Positions 1-13,206 of a stretch of 64,000 nucleotides of DNA are shown here, piece after piece. Where the stretch lies: the NCBI GenBank assembly GCA_017654855.1, contig CM030338.1, positions 3,534,001 to 3,598,000 of the forward strand, in the 5' to 3' direction. The notes under the pieces are model-generated. The model was not told the origin of the DNA, did not search any database, and saw nothing but the letters and a program-made list of their open reading frames with translations. Numbering within the stretch: position 1 is the stretch's first letter; each line of letters begins with the position of its first letter. The stretch comes from Podospora anserina (taxonomy: Eukaryota). Made by a program: the position numbers and the translations under genes.

Positions 1-150
1 TTCACCGAAAATTAATTATCGAACCCCTCCAACCCGTCAGACTTTTGCTGTGCATCGCCGGCAACCCACGATCGCCCTTGCGCAAAGTTATTCTTGATCT
101 CCGATCTCACCACCCCCGAAGGATAACTTTTTTGACGACTAACCGCAACC

Positions 151-2856
151 ATGTCTCGCTTCTTCCGCGGCGGTGACGACAGCTCGAGCGAGAGCAGCTC
201 TGAGGAGGAGGAGCTGTACTCCACTTCCGAGGACGAGGAGGAGCAGGAGGAGCAGGAGGAGTCTTCTGAGGAGGAGGAGGAGGAGGATGAGGAGTCCTCC
301 AGCGACGATGAGGCCGGTCCTGCCAAGAAGGGTCTGTCTCGCTTCTTGCTTGACCAAGCATCCTCCGACAGCGAAGAGAGCGAGGAGGAGGGGACAACAA
401 AGGTCAAGAGCGCCAAGGACAAGAGACATGACGAACTCGAGGCGACCATCTCCCTTATTCAGAACGGCCAGAAGATCAATGACTGGGGCTCTATTGCGAA
501 TGGTTTGTGGTTGCTTGCCCATCTTGTCGCTCGTCTGCTAACATGTAGCCAGAATTCGACAAGCTCAACCGTCAAGTCGTCAAGCTCCAGGATGGCGGCA
601 AGGCGCCGAAGAGCTACATTAAGTGCATTGCGGAGTTGGAGGACTTTATGAATGAGACCCTTGCCAAGCAGAAGGTCACCCCCAAGAAGATGAACGCCAC
701 CAACGCCCGTGGTCTCAACGCCGTGAAGCAACGCGTCAAGAAGAACAACAAGGATTACCAGAGCCAGATCGATGCTTTCCGAAAAGACAGCGATGCATTC
801 ATGGAATCCGATGACGAGGTCGCCCCCCCACCCAAACCATCCGCCGACAAGCTGCGTGTCAAGGAAACTTATATTCCCGAGGCGGCTGATGAGGATGAAG
901 ACAAGGGTTTTGCCCGGGTCGACAAGCGTGGAAAGGCCATGCCCTTCTCTCCAGAGAGCATCCTCAAGCATCTCCGCGCCATTCTGGAGTCAAGAGGCAG
1001 GAAGAACACCGATCGTATCGAGCAAATCAAGATCATGGAGGAGCTCAGCAAGGTGGCCAACACCCCCTACCTCAAGATCAGAGTTCTCCAGGCTCTTGTA
1101 TCTGCCCGGTATGATCTCGGTGCTGGTGCCGGAAATGTGATGCCCCTTGAGCACTGGAAGGCGGCTGAGAAGGAGCTGTCTGCCTTGCTCAAGATTCTCG
1201 AGACCGAGAAGGATCACGTTGTGATTGAGAATGCTGAGGAGTGGGATGATGATGACAAGCAACCAACCCTTGCCGCTGGTGAGAGCTATATCAAGATCCC
1301 CGGCAGCATCGTGTCGTATATCGAGCGTCTTGATGATGAGCTCACCCGCTCCCTTCAGGCCATCGACCCTCACACGTCTGAATACATTGAGCGGTTGACC
1401 GACGAGGGTTCTCTGTACAACATTGTTCTGCAAGGTCTCCTGTACTACGAGACCATCCGCAAAGACACCTCGCTCGAAGTTCCCCAGGAGAGTCTCAACA
1501 GAATCATGCAAAGACGCCTGGATCATGTGTACTTCAAGGTATGGACCTTTCAGGCCCCGTCCAGTGTAATGCCTATTTGCTAACGAAAAATAGCCAGCTC
1601 AAGTCATCAAAATCTTGGAAGAGAACGCCTGGAAGCAGGTCTCTGCGGGCGTCGACTCCGCCATTACGCCCCGTAATAAGTCAGAGGATGCCAGCCAACT
1701 CGTCAACGTCCTTTGCAACTACCTTTTCGAGCACAGCGAAGGCATTATCCGTGCCCGCGCCATGCTCTGCCAGGTCTACTTCTTGGCGTTGCACGATGAG
1801 TACTACAAGGCCCGTGACATGATGCTCACATCTCACTTGCAGGAGAGCATTTCCAACTTCGACATTGCCACCCAAATTCTCTACAACCGTACCCTTGTTC
1901 AAGTTGGTCTCTGCGCCTTCCGCAAGGGTCTCGTGTATGACGCCCAAAACACTCTCCAAGAGATTTGCGGCAGCGGGCGCCAAAAGGAGCTTCTTGCCCA
2001 GGGTGTCATGATTCAGCGCTTCAACCAAGTTTCTCCCGAGCAAGAGCGCCTTGAGAAACAACGGCAGCTACCCTTCCACATGCACATCAACCTTGAGCTC
2101 TTGGAGTGTGTGTACTTGACCTGCAGCATGCTTCTTGAGATCCCGCTGTTGGCTCAGACTGGTTCGTCTCCCGATATCAAGAAGCGCGTCATCAGCAAGA
2201 CATATCGCCGTATGCTCGAGTACCATGAGCGCCAAATCTTTACCGGCCCTCCCGAGAACACCCGCGACCACGTCATGCAGGCGTCCAAGGCCCTCGCGGC
2301 TGGTGAGTGGAAGAAGGCTACGCACTTCATCCACAGCATCAAGATCTGGGAGCTCATGCCAAGCGCCGAGGACATCAAGACGATGCTCGCTAAGCAGATT
2401 CAGGAGGAGGGTCTGCGCACTTACCTGTTCACATATGCGCCCTTCTACGACACACTGGCCATCTCCACATTGAGCGCCATGTTTGAGCTCGACTCCAGGA
2501 AGGTGGCTGCCGTTGTCAGCAAGATGATCAGCCACGAGGAGCTCGCGGCTGCCCTCGATCAGGTCACCGAGACCGTCATCTTCCGCAAGGGCGTGGAGCT
2601 CAGCCGTCTGCAGAGCTTGGCCCTGGCTCTCTCAGACAAGGCGAGCTCGCTCATCGAGACCAACGAGCGCACACTGGAGCAGCGGACACAAGGATCGGCC
2701 AATGCCTTCAGCAGGAAGGATGGTCAACGAGGTGGTCAGCGGGGCGGTGGCCAACGGGGTGGCAGAGGCGGGGCGCGGACTGGAGGAAACTCTCAGCGAC
2801 AGGCTGGTGGCACCCAGTTTACGGGTGGTGCTCTGGGTGCTGCGGTCCGCGGTTAA
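151..2856 (+). CDS. NIP1: Eukaryotic translation initiation factor 3 subunit C (PCI domain)
   Basis: MSRFF start with acidic Ser-rich N-terminus, [21 protein letters not shown] and GPPEN motifs, RGG tail. Exons 151-502, 553-1538, 1594-2856 with GT..AG introns and CTAAC branch sites restore one frame. Confidence 0.96.
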
Positions 2857-3593
2857 GGTTGTCACGATGGGTATACATGGTTTTCGTTGCGCTATTGCAT
2901 TGGGCTTGGCATGTTACGTATCAAAAATGGTCCCGGGGTGCGTTTAGGTGTTGCACCACGTTTAGATCATAGGCAGGCAGTCAAGAATCGTGGGGCTTTT
3001 AATATTTGATTCAATGTCTTTTCTTGTGACTTGTTTACAATTGTATGGTGGTATTGTTTTTTAGTGTTTGCCGGCATGGATGTCTCACTCAAAAACGATG
3101 TCGAGGACGGCAAGCAATAGGAAGTTGAGTAATTGGCTGATGCCTTGTCTGGCATTTACCAAGTAATCAGATACGGATTCATGACCTTAGTGTAGTCTTG
3201 CGAGGGTATAAAGGGCACGCTGCTGTCTCCTCCTGAAATACCCTCACAACAACATATTACCAACTACTACCGTAAAGGTACACGGGGTCTATTCAAAGCA
3301 CCGAGGGCAAAGAAAATGATGAAATAGGGGTAGAGGCTTGGAGAAATCAGCAAGGCAAACAGAAGGTCACAATCAAGATGACACGGGCTTTTTGGGTGGC
3401 TACTTCAGTAGCACCTTCTTTTGATTCTTTCTTTCATCAACTGCAGTCGTGCCAAAGGCAACATGTGACAAACGCAAGAATATGGAGACCAGGCAATCCC
3501 ACGCCGTTCCCCTCGTAGTTGTCAACGCCACAGTGAAACCCAGATATGAACCAAGTCCAGCCCGAAAAATGCAACCACCGCTGTCCCAATAAC

Positions 3594-4296
<703 letters not shown>

Positions 4297-4451
4297 TTTG
4301 ACTGGTGATCCGGAAACTTGACCTGGGAATTTGCGGTTGTAGTTTCGAAGTGGACAATCCCCAGATATTCGGAATTTTTGGCAGGCAGTGGTGTGGTGAA
4401 GAGTCGCCGTGTGGAGTTTGGCGGTGTGGGAATGCAGAAAAGAGAGGTGCG

Positions 4452-4507
4452 GGGCCACAAATAATTTGCGAGTGGAAAGCCCTAAGTAACTTCGTACCGA
4501 CCGCCCC
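4452..4507. promoter_or_regulatory. Bidirectional ribosomal-protein promoter motifs (GGGCCACA, AGCCCTAA, ACCGCCCC)
   Basis: Lies between the divergent RPS14 and RPL7 start codons. The same three 8-mers recur upstream of RPS19 (11241-11275). Confidence 0.6.
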
Positions 4508-4618
4508 ACCCAAGCTCCCAATTCGCCAACCCTTTTTCTCGCGACCACCGCTGAAAATTCTTTCTCGCTGCTTCTTTGCAACGCACGACAACCTCCGCCG
4601 ACGTCGACAACCGGAACA

Positions 4619-6155
4619 ATGGCCGCTACGTATGCCTCACCCCCGATGTTTTCCTTCAGCCCTTGAATGGTATCGTCGTGTATCGCTCGACGAGATTCTG
4701 CAGATTGGCGTGGTCCTCTCACTGGACGCTTTTCTCGATTCTGCCCTCGCAGACCGGGCATCGCTCCAGCTCGATCCCTCCCATGGTTCTCCCTCTTTCT
4801 TGCAAGCCTGGTGGTGTGTGGCCTGCGGACTGAGAGACGTCTCATGGGGTGTTGGGGATGAAGACTTGTCTCCTCCCTTAAAAACATTTGCCGTTTGGTG
4901 ATGTGGTCCAAGCAAGCCTCATTGAGGCCTGTCAGGACCATAATCCTGCGCTCGCAAGCTCTTATTTGGACTTCGGTTCAGATTGTCGACAGATGGGGTT
5001 CTCTACACTGTGTACGGCTTGCACGGTTACTTCACACTCGAGCTCGCCCATCGACTGACATAAAACATCGAGTCAGCCACGAGAGAATGCCGCACTGAGG
5101 CAGCAGTTCTCCAACGGCGCTCTACCGCATACCTCGTGTATGTCCGGACCTCGTACTGATCTGTTGACTTTAGTTCCGTCCCCACCCAGAACGACATTCT
5201 CGTTCCCGAGACTCTCCTGAAGAAGCGTAAGTCGCAGGAGAAGGCCCGCGCTGAGCGCGCTGCCGAGCTCGAGAAGGCCAAGGCTGTAAGTTTTTATCTC
5301 TTTGTTTTGAGTCTGGAGGGGCGATATGATGCACAACAAACCTAGCGACTAGATACGTCAATGCTGTTGCTAAATTAACCATCTTTCGGGTCTGATCGAA
5401 CCAATGGATGATGACATTTGTACTTTGGAGGCACACGGCGTGGACATTGTGCTAACTCATCTCTACAGGCCCGCAAGGAGAAGCGTGGTGTCATCTTCAA
5501 GCGTGCCGAGAAGTACGTTAAGGAGTACCGCGACACCGAGCGCGAGAAGATTCGCCTCCAGCGTGCTGCGAAGCAGGATGGTGCCTTCCACATCCCCGCT
5601 GAGGCCAAGTTGATCTTCATTGTCCGCATCAAGGGGTATGTTTCCACAGTGAAAATTATAGTCATCTCAGAGTCATTACTGACACGTCCACACAGTATCA
5701 ACAAGATTGCCCCCAAGCCCCGCAAGATCCTTCAGCTTCTCCGTCTCCTCCAGATCAACAACGGTGTCTTCGTCCGCGTCACCAAGGCCACCGCTGAGAT
5801 GATCAAGGTTGTCGAGCCGTGGGTTGCCTACGGTTACCCCAACCTCAAGAGCGTCAAGGAGCTCATCTACAAGCGCGGATATGGCAAGGTCAACGGCCAG
5901 CGCATTGCCCTCACCGACAACAGCATCGTCGAGGAGAACCTTGGCAAGTACGGCATCATCTGTATCGAGGATCTCATTCACGAGATCGTCACCGTCGGCC
6001 CCAACTTCAAGCAGGCTGCCAACTTCCTCTGGCCCTTCAAGCTCAGCAACCCCAACGGTGGCTTCCGTCCCCGCAAGTTCAAGCACTTCATCGAGGGTGG
6101 TGACCTTGGCAACCGTGAGGAGCACATCAACGCTCTCATCCGCCAGATGAACTAA
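4619..6155 (+). CDS. RPL7: 60S ribosomal protein L7 (uL30)
   Basis: [53 protein letters not shown]. Exons 4619-4629, 5174-5285, 5469-5635, 5696-6155. Confidence 0.96.
5322..5398 (+). ncRNA. Intronic box C/D snoRNA, snR39/snR39b/snR59-like, guiding 25S rRNA 2'-O-methylation
   Basis: In RPL7 intron 2: C-box-like ATGATGC (5326-5332), D box CTGA (5392-5395), terminal CGA/TCG stem. The guide ACCATCTTTCGGGT is complementary to the conserved LSU sequence ACCCGAAAGAUGGU. Confidence 0.85.
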
Positions 6156-6493
6156 GTTGGGTGACTTTGATGGTTTTGCGGTTTTGTCTTTGGTCATGGG
6201 AATTGGCATGGGTGCATGGCGTTAAATGGAAGCCGGCTTGGGTGGCTCCGGGGAATCAATACCACAACACGAAGTCGTTCTTGCACACCACTCTTCCCAC
6301 AGTTGATGAAGTAGATTGCCCCCTTACTGGCCAGGACGCAGCCCAATTCTATGAAGCTGTTGCTCAATGTGTTTCCGCCCCCTGATATGAAGTGATTTGA
6401 ACAACGTCCAGGCATTGATGTCTATTATTACATAGGTCTTCCCCAAATAAGTAGCCCTACATGCTTATCATTGCGCAATGCTCCCTGAGGCTA

Positions 6494-7357
6494 TCATATC
6501 TTTATGTCAAAGCTTGTGCCACACCCACAACTACTTGTAGCGAGAGGATTGTCCACGATTTTAAACTGCGATCCAATAAGTTCCATCGTAAAGTCCACCT
6601 TACTCCCCTTTAAAAGCTCAAGAGAAGGAGTGTCAAGAATGATTTTTGGAGCTGTCAAATCAGTTGGGGCACTCGAACCATCGGCTGCAAAGGTAAAGAT
6701 AGTATCATCTTCTCCGATGGCGGATGTACTCTCTGCTGCCCCGTCGGTTGCCGAGGAGGAAGGCAGTGAAGGAGGAAGAGTGACCAGCTTCATCAGATAT
6801 TGAAACCCATGACAGCCACCGGACTCTACTTGAATACGAAGGGCGAGGTATGGGTTTGAGTCCTTGGCCATAATCTCGGAGAGACGCTGTAAAATACCTC
6901 GTCAGAGGGAAGCTCAACGAGCCGGACTTGAATAGCAGGGACGAACCTTGGCTGCGCGCGGAGTGATCTCCAACATCATTTCCTGGCCATCATCGTCCGT
7001 TTGGGGATTGAAGAGTGCACGGGTGGTACCGCTTGGGGGAGCGGTGGTGGCGGCAGACCGCGGCATCGTGGTTGTGAAGCTCCGTCTTGTGAGATTACCT
7101 CGGGGAGAGCAAGGACGCCATGATGATCTAGGACTCCTCGCGGCAATTTGGCTGGGGCCCGATTGGTGAGCTATTTTGCGAGTGCGTGCAGTAGACACAG
7201 AGTGATGCGCCCGAGTTGGCCCAGAGGCGCTCCGCACTGGCAGAGGGAGGAGAAGATCGAGGATGGAGGGGGAGGTCGCGATGGCCCGGCGGCACATGCT
7301 GAGCTGGATAAAGAGACTCGCGGTGGCGGGAGGGTTGACACAGTGCAGTGGTGGCAT
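6494..7357 (-). CDS. ISA2: Mitochondrial iron-sulfur cluster assembly protein, IscA/HesB family (ISA2-like)
   Basis: ESGGCHGFQY and SSCGCGTSFD motifs; Arg/Ser-rich presequence-like N-terminus; intron 6946-6887. Start codon uncertain (a downstream ATG is possible). Confidence 0.88.
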
Positions 7358-7948
7358 TCTTGACTCTTAAGACGGCTTTAGGAACAGTTGTATTCAGGGG
7401 ATGGATGCTCAGCGCCGTTGACGAGGTGCTGTTAGGTAGGGTTGGTCTGTCGGTGAAATGCCGGTGCCGTTCTGCAAGCGATGGCGGGAGGTTTGCAAAA
7501 TTTCCGGTGATGTCAAGGCCGAGACCCGGGAAGCTGCAAAGCGCTGACCAATCATGGTGGGGTGGCTTTGGTCTTAATTCACCAGCGCTTACAACCGGCG
7601 GCGACAACTGAGTTACACAACAACCACCTTGAAGCCGAATGCAATGAAAAGACTGAAGCAGGATCTCGTTGCTCTTGTTGATCTCATGTGTGTCAAGTGA
7701 TTCCAGTAATCCCAAAGATCCAGAATGCCCGAGTCTTCAAGTCTACGATATCCAGAACGCCTTCCCAGTCCCAAAATAATACCCTATAATACAGATAGTC
7801 AAGAATCGAAGAAAAGGGGGGTTAAAACAGAAGTGAAAAAGAAGCCAATTTCTAGCCAAAGTCCATCACCATCCTCCGCGGTACCAAGTAATCGACGGTC
7901 CGAAATCATAGATCCGGATCGCACCCTTTGACACCTTCAGTGTTGCGT

Positions 7949-9649
7949 TTACTCGAAGATCGAGAACAATTCAGATCCATCAGTAGCGCATGGTCCGGTT
8001 TCGAGTCTCTCGTTTCCAGGCACGACGCAAGTCTGATTCCTTTCGTTTTGTGGTGCCAAGGCAAAGCTTGTCTGCCCAAGGAAAGGAAACAACTGAGCAC
8101 CATCGGTTTCTCCCTCTGAAAAAAGGTCTGTTAGCTTGGTGCGCTATATCCTGGACGAAGGGGGGGAAAGCATAGATGGACCTACCACCATCAGCACGTC
8201 CGCCGCATGAGAACAGAGTGACGGTGTCCCCTGGCTGGCGTCTGAGATCAACACTGATACAGCCCTGGGTCTATCAAAGCAGTTGTCTTAGTAACATTCT
8301 CCAAAAGCAAGCTAGTGGTGATGGCAATGGTTAGGGATCACTTACCAGAGTGCTCACGATCAAAGCAGCAAGTTCCCGGTTGTTGTTATGTTTACCAGCG
8401 GTAATAACATCAAACTTCTCGTTCGGGCTACCTGTACAGTCCACAAGCGAGACAGGAATCAAATTCTGTCGAAAGTCGCCAGCGGTCGGGTCGATAAAGA
8501 GACACTTGTTGTTTGGTGCCCTGATGGTGACATCGGAAAAGGCCCGGGTAGCGCCTTCGTCCCGCTGATGAGACTGAGCTGCAGCAGTGGGCTGGAGAGT
8601 ACCGCCGGCACGAGACACGGGCACAGGTTCGGTAGGGTTGACCGAGGGGATGCTCCCACCGCCATTGTTATTGCCATTATCATTGTTGTTGTTGCCGCCG
8701 TTGTTGTTGTTGTTGCCGCCGTTGTCGTTGTTCCCGCCGTTGTTGTTGCCATCGTTGTTGTTACCGTTCCCGGCACCAGGGGCAGTGGTGGTTGACTGGG
8801 CAGGGGCAGCTGAAGGTGCGGTCGTAGGAGTAACAGTCACTGTTCGAGTACTTTTAGTACAGCTCGAGGTGGAGGTACCGCTAGGATTACCAGAACTACC
8901 ATTTCCGCCATTTCCACCGTTGCCAGCATTTTCATCGCCTCCGTTGTTCCCACCGTTGTTGTCATCATTGTTACCGCCGTTACCACCGTTGTTGCCGCTA
9001 GCCGGGGCACCACCACCAATGGTGAAGGTCTGGCTGGCGTCTCCATTCTGACAGTTCGCAATGTCAAGAGTGTTCCCCCTTGCGGTTGCGCAAAAGTTTC
9101 CTCCTTCGTTTTGAGGGCTCAGTGAAAGCGGGCCGGCACCGCCGTCAAAGTCAAACAGCTGAGAGTCAGTCACATCACCCCCTGAAAATATCAGCATACA
9201 TTCTCTTATTCAATCAGTCCAATAATCTTACCTCCATCCGCTCGACCGCCGCATGAGAAGAGCAGAAGCTGATTCCCGGCTTGTCGGCGCGAATCAAAGT
9301 TCAGGCAAGCATTGGTCAAGGATGACACGATGAGGGCCACGCCATCGCCTCTGATATGAGCGCCGGCAGTGATGACGTCCCAGCCCTGCCCATCAGTAGA
9401 ACCGCAGTCCGCAATCTGAACGGGAGTAAGGTTGGCTCGGAAATCTCCAGACAGCTCGTCAACAAAAAGGCATTTCCCGTCTGATGTTCGGATCTCAACG
9501 TTGGAGAAAGCCCGGGTAGCACCATTGTCCCTCTGATGGGCTTCGGCCGTGGCCTCTTCATTGAGGGAGTCAACTGCCCGATGTCGTACAAGCGGGGAGG
9601 CTCCCACGACAGCAGCCCAGGCCAGCAAAGAAGTGAGTGAAGACACCAT
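7949..9649 (-). CDS. Secreted protein with two ricin-B/CBM13-like domains and a Gly/Asn/Thr-rich linker
   Basis: Signal peptide MVSSLTSLLAWAAVVGA. Duplicated module (HQRDxGATRAFSxVxIR..KCLF..GDFR.NL.PV..DC..DVITAG..LFSCGGRADG). Exons 9649-9232, 9181-8346, 8270-8186, 8115-7949. Confidence 0.8.
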
Positions 9650-11211
9650 GATTGTAGATGAAAATGAATGAGAGACGGCAGAAAACAGCCGATCAACCTG
9701 CTCGAAGAAAGGAATGGATGTCCGCGCAGCAGACTGGAAAAGAAGGACAAGAAAGAAATGAAGAAAGAACGTGAGAAATGGATGATATTCACAACACCCC
9801 GCTGAGAGTTGAGTGAAGGGGATAGATATATCAGACGAAGTGGACGGCCCTGCCTGGCTACTTATCCCTGTTCATGGGCTTCCACAAGAAGGCCCTATCA
9901 CCCCCTACACGGGCATTTGGGGTAAAAGGGACTTCATGATGGGGTTTCATGGTCTCTCATGTGTGTACACCTAGGCTCACTTGGAGGGCTGTTTCGTGCC
10001 AAAGTTGAAAGCGACCAAGGCGATGGCCTGCAAAATCCAGGATGGCGGTTCAGGGGCCGATCAGTTGATCCTTGATCAGAGTCTGGGATGGTGGTGATGA
10101 CAGGATAACGCAGGGGTCAGGGCCAAATGTTTCCTGTTGAAAGACGCGCGGAAAAGGCCATCGGAGAGCGAAGCGCTGTCTGTTGACGCTGGGAGAGACC
10201 GATGGCAGGGCAGCTTGGTTCCACGGCTTACACCCCTGCCAAAAGATGGGATGTGTTTGGCCCAAAAAGGAGGGCTGACCCCTGTAGCACATCCCGGACA
10301 CACTCGCCAGCGGGTGACCTGCACAGTCGCTGAATTTTGAGCTGGGGTTTGGAGATCACGGCCTGGGCTGTGAAACGGTACCTGTCAGAGATGGCGCCAA
10401 GATCGGGGGTCGTCCACCACACAATACCCTCGCAACAGCGGCACAGAACGCAGGATATGGAGAAGGGTCCATCATCTCAACGAAAGTTCCTCGAAGAAAA
10501 GGGCTGCAGAAAGAGAGGAAGAGGGATTTTGTGACCCTGGCATCCATGCTGTTGTCCTTCGTGTTTGCAGCGATCAAAGAAAATCCCCCGCTGAAGGCCC
10601 CACCTTGAACCAGTGGGCTGGGATGACGTCGAGCAGTATCGACCCACCGTTGTGGCCTCTCCTGTGAGTGTTGTTCCCATTTAATACATAGGTAAAAGGC
10701 TGTCATGTTCTCGGAGGTAGACGAGAACTGTATATAACGGTGTCTGGGAATCTCATCTCAAGTACTCACATTGTTGATGGTTAAATGTTGTTGCAAATCC
10801 CTGCTGCCTACACCACCTCATACAGAAGAGAAAGTACAGGGGACTTCGAGCGCGCAGAATTACTACTACTCGAATGCATGAAGTCCGTCTCCCCTGCAGT
10901 CCTGCGTATTCTAGTATATCTCCACTACTACATCTTCAGATGGTTCCCCCGGGTCTCAGACCCTCAAGCTCGGTGCAACTGAGACTCGCCGGGAACCCAT
11001 TCTTGAGGCCGACCATGTGGGAAGCTTGGTGCTGGGTGTCTGGCAGATGGGATCCGGTAGATAAGAGAAGACTACGGCGGTTGTGTGCTCTGGCCTGGGG
11101 TCGGTCACCGCGTGAAGATGTTCAGATGAATCATGGACGTAAGGTTGCATACACGGCTCCAACTGCCTGCGTGATGGGCCATGTGGAGATGAATTGTCGA
11201 CACACCAAGGG

Positions 11212-11275
11212 TTAGGGTCAAAGACTTGATTCACTCCCAAACCGCCCCGCTTCTTTGCCAGGGCCACAGCCCTAA
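11212..11275 (+). promoter_or_regulatory. RPS19 promoter motifs (TTAGGG, ACCGCCCC, GGGCCACAGCCCTAA)
   Basis: About 150-220 bp upstream of the ATG; shares three 8-mers with the RPS14/RPL7 intergenic region. Confidence 0.55.
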
Positions 11276-11428
11276 TCAGCGTTTCTCTGCCAAGACGTCC
11301 ACTCCGCAAAATTTCCAGATACCAAACCTCAATTGCGATTGCGCCTTGTCCGACTCCGAACGACAGCTTCCGACACGAACGATCAACCTCACCCATCTCC
11401 GCCAAATCACCCCATACACACCGCCAAA

Positions 11429-12244
11429 ATGCCTGGAGGAGTCACCGTTCGCGATGTCGATGTAAGTTTTGGGAGCCCTTCGCCATGACGGCCTTTGCGA
11501 CCGAGACCCGAACACTCTCTTTCGCCGTCCGAGTCGCTGCCAGCTTCCTCAAACGAGGCTCGGGTTGGCCGACGACGATGGACCGCTGGTCAAGACAGCA
11601 ACATGGAAGATGATGGGAGCAGGCGTGAGGGGGTCGAAAGATCTCTGAAGACGGAATTGTGCTAATCATATTGTGTTGCTTGGTTCAAGGCCCACAAGTT
11701 CGTCGGTAAGTCTTGCTTTGCTTCGTTTTGCCTCGATATGTCTGGTGCGCAGTGCGGCAAATGGCTGACTCTGAATAGGCGCCTACGCCGCTTTCTTGAA
11801 GCGTCAGGGCAAGCTCCCCGTCCCCGGTTGGGTTGACACCGTCAAGACCGGCCCCGCCAAGGAGATGCCTCCCCAGGACATCGACTGGTTCTACGTCCGT
11901 GCCGCTGCCGTCGCTCGTCACGTCTACCTCCGCAAGACCGTTGGTGTCGGCCGCCTCCGCCGCGTTCATGGCAGCGCCAAGAACCGTGGCTCGCGCCCCT
12001 CCCACCACGTCGAGGCCTCCGGCAGCGTTGATCGCAAGATCATGCAGGCTCTTGAGAAGATCCAGGTCCTTGAGCAGGATGAGGAGAAGGGTGGCCGCCG
12101 CATCACGCAACAGGGTCAGCGTGATCTTGACCGTGAGTTTACTTGATCTCTCGAGCCGTTTGCACTTTGCTAACGTACGTAAACGTAGGTATTGCCCAGA
12201 CCGTTGCTGAGGCTGAGGGTGAGGAGGATGAGGATGACGAGTAA
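11429..12244 (+). CDS. RPS19: 40S ribosomal protein S19 (eS19)
   Basis: [65 protein letters not shown]. Exons 11429-11461, 11690-11705 (16 nt), 11779-12132, 12189-12244. Confidence 0.97.
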
Positions 12245-13206
12245 ATGTCGTCTTTTCCAACAGTCGCTTTACACACCAGGCTCTTTGCTGAGTACGCAAA
12301 GATGTGAAACGGAAGGGTCGGCATGGCATGGATTTCCGGTAGCATATGGGTTAGGCGTCAAAAAGGATTTAATGGCTTGCTTGATCATGCCTTTCCTCGC
12401 TCACCTAGGCGACCAAGCTGGCTTTATATGTGCTAGCTTTTAAAGCATATCTGCCATAAGACGGTGTTTTCTCCAGCTTTCCTGCGCGTAGAGCGTAAAT
12501 CAATACCCAACAAACCAAGTCAAACAAACAATAGTACCATCTTCTCCGTGACTGACACGTAGGCCACGTTTCCACTGCTCAGCACACCCAGTTACCTCGT
12601 CAAATGCCAACGTCGGCCTCCAGACAACATTCTCCTGCTGTGTCCTTAACCACTTATGACCCAAGCAAGCTGCCAGTCTCAACATCTAGCCTACCATTTT
12701 GTTTCTCACAAGCGTATATTTAGATAAGTAGTCAACCACTTCTGTCTCCTGGCTGGGAAGGTACCCGATCGCTTCTTTGTGAAAGGCACTCTCCGAGAAG
12801 CATCTCTCACTCGCTACTTCGAGTCATTACATGGTTAGACACCTGCCATTCCCTCTAGTTCGTCATGGTTGTCGACGTAATCCAACCACACTGCGCTCTC
12901 TCCCCTGTTCCAAAGTAACTCCTTGGTCACCACTACCCACCACCTCCTTGTTTACTGTTGCCTAGGTGGCTAGCTATCAAGGTAAGCTTCAACCTTTCAG
13001 CTTCTTCGAGACCGCGACTTCCTTCTAATGCTCTTTCCAAGTGCCCCAGCTATTAGGCATCCGACCTAAGGTCGTCGTCGTCCAGGACCGAGAGCCTCAG
13101 CCTAGATTTCCTTGGTCGCCCGATCCATCAATCTTTCCTCCAAGCTTCTCTCGCTATTCTCATTTTCTTGACCTCAACCCACGCATTTCATGACGCCGTC
13201 GAAAAA

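Noticed and set aside
5676-6209. Long antisense ORFs over RPL7, NIP1 and RPS19
   Set aside because: Shadow frames caused by strong codon bias in highly expressed genes.
11462-11689. Possible snoRNA in RPS19 intron 1 (ATGATGG..CTGA)
   Set aside because: Boxes are only about 35 nt apart and I see no rRNA-complementary guide.
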